A stretch of DNA of 64,000 nucleotides from Candidatus Bathyarchaeota archaeon (GTDB taxonomy: Archaea > Thermoproteota > Bathyarchaeia > Bathyarchaeales > Bathycorpusculaceae). Below are positions 61,914-64,000 of this stretch, piece by piece. Under the pieces are notes generated by a model. That model saw nothing but the letters and a program-made list of their open reading frames with translations. It did not search any database and was not told where the DNA came from. The first letter of the stretch is position 1. Each line of letters opens with the position of its first letter. The stretch spans positions 1 through 64,000 of the forward strand of contig CAVZPM010000033.1 of NCBI GenBank assembly GCA_963777155.1, given 5' to 3'. A program made the translations under genes and the position numbers.

Positions 61914-62730
61914 ATGTACACACTCAGGGAAGTTCTCGACAAAGTTGCTAAAAAAGAGATTTCGCCGTCTGAAGCTGAAACCCTCCTAAAGCTATGTGCT
62001 GTCGATGAAGTTGGTTGCCTAGCTAAAGCTTGATGGCAACCGAGAACTGCGCAAGGGTATTCCTGAAATTGTTTTAGCTGAAGGGAAAACGGCAGGCGAT
62101 GTAGCTGAAATATCCTGCAGTATGCTCGCTAAGAATGGCAGAGTGATAGTTAGTAGATGTTCAAAAGAGCAGGTGCAGGCAATTAGAGAAGCCTTTTCCG
62201 ATGATGTGAACTTGGAGATAAATGACAAAGCCCGAATGGTTGTGGCAAAAAAGAAAAACTTCACCGTTACCCCAAGTGGTGGCAAGATTGCCATTTTAAC
62301 CGCAGGAACTTCAGATATTCCCGTCGCTGAAGAAGCTAAAATTATCGCACAAGAGATGGGCTGCACAGTCTATTCAACATACGATGTGGGCGTGGCGGGA
62401 ATTCACAGGTTACTTGAACCCCTAAAAGAGGTTTTATCAAACGATGTTGACGTTATCGTTGTTGTGGCGGGGCGGGAAGGTGCTTTGGCTTCAGTGGTTT
62501 CGGGACTCGTTGACGTTCCAGTGATTGCGGTTCCAACCTCAAACAGTTACGGTTTTGGCGAAAAAGGTTTGAGTGCCCTTATGGCAATGTTGCAGTCGTG
62601 TTCGTTGGGGTTGGCGGTTGTTAACATCGATTCAGGAGTTGCCGCGGGGGCAGTGGCTACTTTGATTGCTAATCGCGCTGCAAAATTTAGGAAACATTAT
62701 AACGCTTTACTTGTTGTTTGCCATAAGTAG
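61914..62730 (+). CDS. larB: NPN cofactor carboxylase/hydrolase LarB; one frameshift at ~62025
   Basis: RELRKGIPEIV.AEGKT, TAGTSDIPVAEEA, DVGVAGIHRL, AGREGALASV, MLQSCS.G..VVNID. Confidence 0.92.
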
Positions 62731-62838
62731 GTTTGGACGTATCTTTTACTGGTTAAATTGGTATTTTTTGTGTCGTCGATGTAGGCAAGGGTTAGTTTTG
62801 CGGTGTTTTCGTCGGTTCTGCATGTTTTCACACCTTTA

Positions 62839-62909
62839 GTAACACGTTTTGTAAAAATGGTAACACAATACTTATATCTAAGTAACACTTTTTTTCAAAA
62901 ACGTGTTAC
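62839..62909. promoter_or_regulatory. Array of GTAACAC half-sites with a GTAACAC-N14-GTGTTAC palindrome over the cbiM/nikM promoter
   Basis: GTAACAC at 62839, 62860 and 62882; GTGTTAC at 62903; CTTATAT at 62871. Confidence 0.7.
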
Positions 62910-62931
62910 CGCAACATCACGGAGAAAAAAC

Positions 62932-63626
62932 ATGCACATCCCCGACGGCTACCTAACAATCAGCGTAATAATACCCACATTCCTAATAACGATAGTCTTC
63001 TGGGCAATCTCAATTAAAAAAACAAAGGTAACCGAACAACAAGTACCAATAATGGGCTTACTAACCGCACTTTTCTTTGCAGCAATGATGATGAACTACC
63101 CCATCTTCGGCGGAACAACCGCGCACCTACTAGGCGGAGCAACAATAGGACTCATACTCGGACCCTTCGCAGGCTGCATCTCCATAACAATAATTCTGGT
63201 ATTACAAGCATTCCTCTTTGGAGACGGTGGACTCACAGCACTAGGCGCAAACGTGCTTAACATGGGCATAATCGGCATATTCATTCCGTGCATAATTTTC
63301 CTGGATGGAAACAAGCTTTTCAAGTTAAAAACAACCACCAGCATATTCGCCACAGTCTTCATATCTGCATTAGTCGGCGACTTGACTTGCCGCAGTCTCC
63401 GCAGGTGTCGAGCTTGGCTTATCTCAACCTATCTTCCAATATGGCTTAAGTGTAGCTGTGCCAGCAATGGCAATCAACCACTCAATCATCGGCGTCGCAG
63501 AAGGCATAGTCACAGTAATCATCATAGGCACACTTCTCAAACTACGTCCCGACGTGTTAGAAAAAAGTCCCATTTTAGGCAAACTAAGCATTTTCCAAAA
63601 AGAAAGAGACTGTGGAGGCACAATAA
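62932..63626 (+). CDS. cbiM: Ni/Co ECF transporter S component (CbiM/NikM); frameshifted
   Basis: N-terminal MHIPDGYL metal-binding signature, GTTAHLLG, LQA.LFGDGG..ALGAN..NMG, HS.IGVAEG. Confidence 0.9.
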
Positions 63627-63922
63627 ATGGCAACTATTATAAACGAAATCAGAAAACGCTATTCATCGGTTTAGTTGTCGCTTTAGTGTTTGTCTTAGTT
63701 GGCGTCTTCGTTCTTTCATATTCAATGGAGACGCTTGATAAGCAAGCGGAGCAGCTTGGAGCAGAAGAAAAACCTATCTACAATCCGCCCTTTGCCGACT
63801 ACACCATCCCCGGGTTAGATAATGTATGGGGTGCCCTACTCATCGGCATCATAGGAACACTACTGCTGTTCATTGTGGGCTTAGGCGCAGCTATACTCTT
63901 AAACAAGAAAAAGGGCAAATAA
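63627..63922 (+). CDS. NikN/PDGLE-type accessory membrane subunit (may be fused to CbiM)
   Basis: Two TM helices around ETLD..AE...PFADYTIPG; GGAGG SD before the ATG at 63627, which needs a frameshift to join the ORF. Confidence 0.7.
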
Positions 63923-63924
63923 AA

Positions 63925-64000
63925 ATGAAGGTACCGCAATCTCTCAGAGACTTAATGGAAGGCGCAGAATCCTTAGTCTACATTGAGGACCTAAGCAACA
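63925..64000 (+). CDS. Probable ECF T component (CbiQ/NikQ), 5' fragment
   Basis: ATG 2 nt after the previous stop; assigned from operon order only. Confidence 0.45.
   Translation, partial: MKVPQSLRDLMEGAESLVYIEDLSN

Overview
An archaeal window, most likely Bathyarchaeia. This is inferred from the PQQ-like beta-propeller surface gene, the LysW pathway, the class III pilins and GGTG/GGAG Shine-Dalgarno motifs. At least 13 otherwise intact genes carry single-base frameshifts, which suggests an imperfectly polished long-read assembly, so I joined the fragments into single genes. Content from left to right: (1) a group 3b-type NiFe hydrogenase operon with fused beta-gamma subunits; (2) an arrestin-like protein, a receiver-domain protein and a ~1450-aa Dna2/RecB-like nuclease-helicase; (3) a ~20 kb type IV pilus locus with tandem major pilins, minor pilins, ATPase, platform protein, TrmB regulator and a MoxR/vWA pair; (4) an accessory redox and arsenic region (arsC, arsR, acr3, an HgcC-like AbrB protein, arsM), a zinc-ribbon operon and a minimal PolX; (5) lysWXYZJK with lysM; (6) a PQQ-propeller gene, rpiA, larE/larC/larB and a Ni/Co ECF transporter. 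The most unusual signals are non-coding. Diverged G/T-rich repeats bracket the pilus locus, a loxP-shaped 13-8-13 palindrome sits next to the left copy, and a ~215-nt rod-like structured RNA candidate with a terminator lies inside the locus. I saw no tRNA, rRNA, CRISPR array, integrase or transposase. All family calls come from motif recognition; no database search was run.
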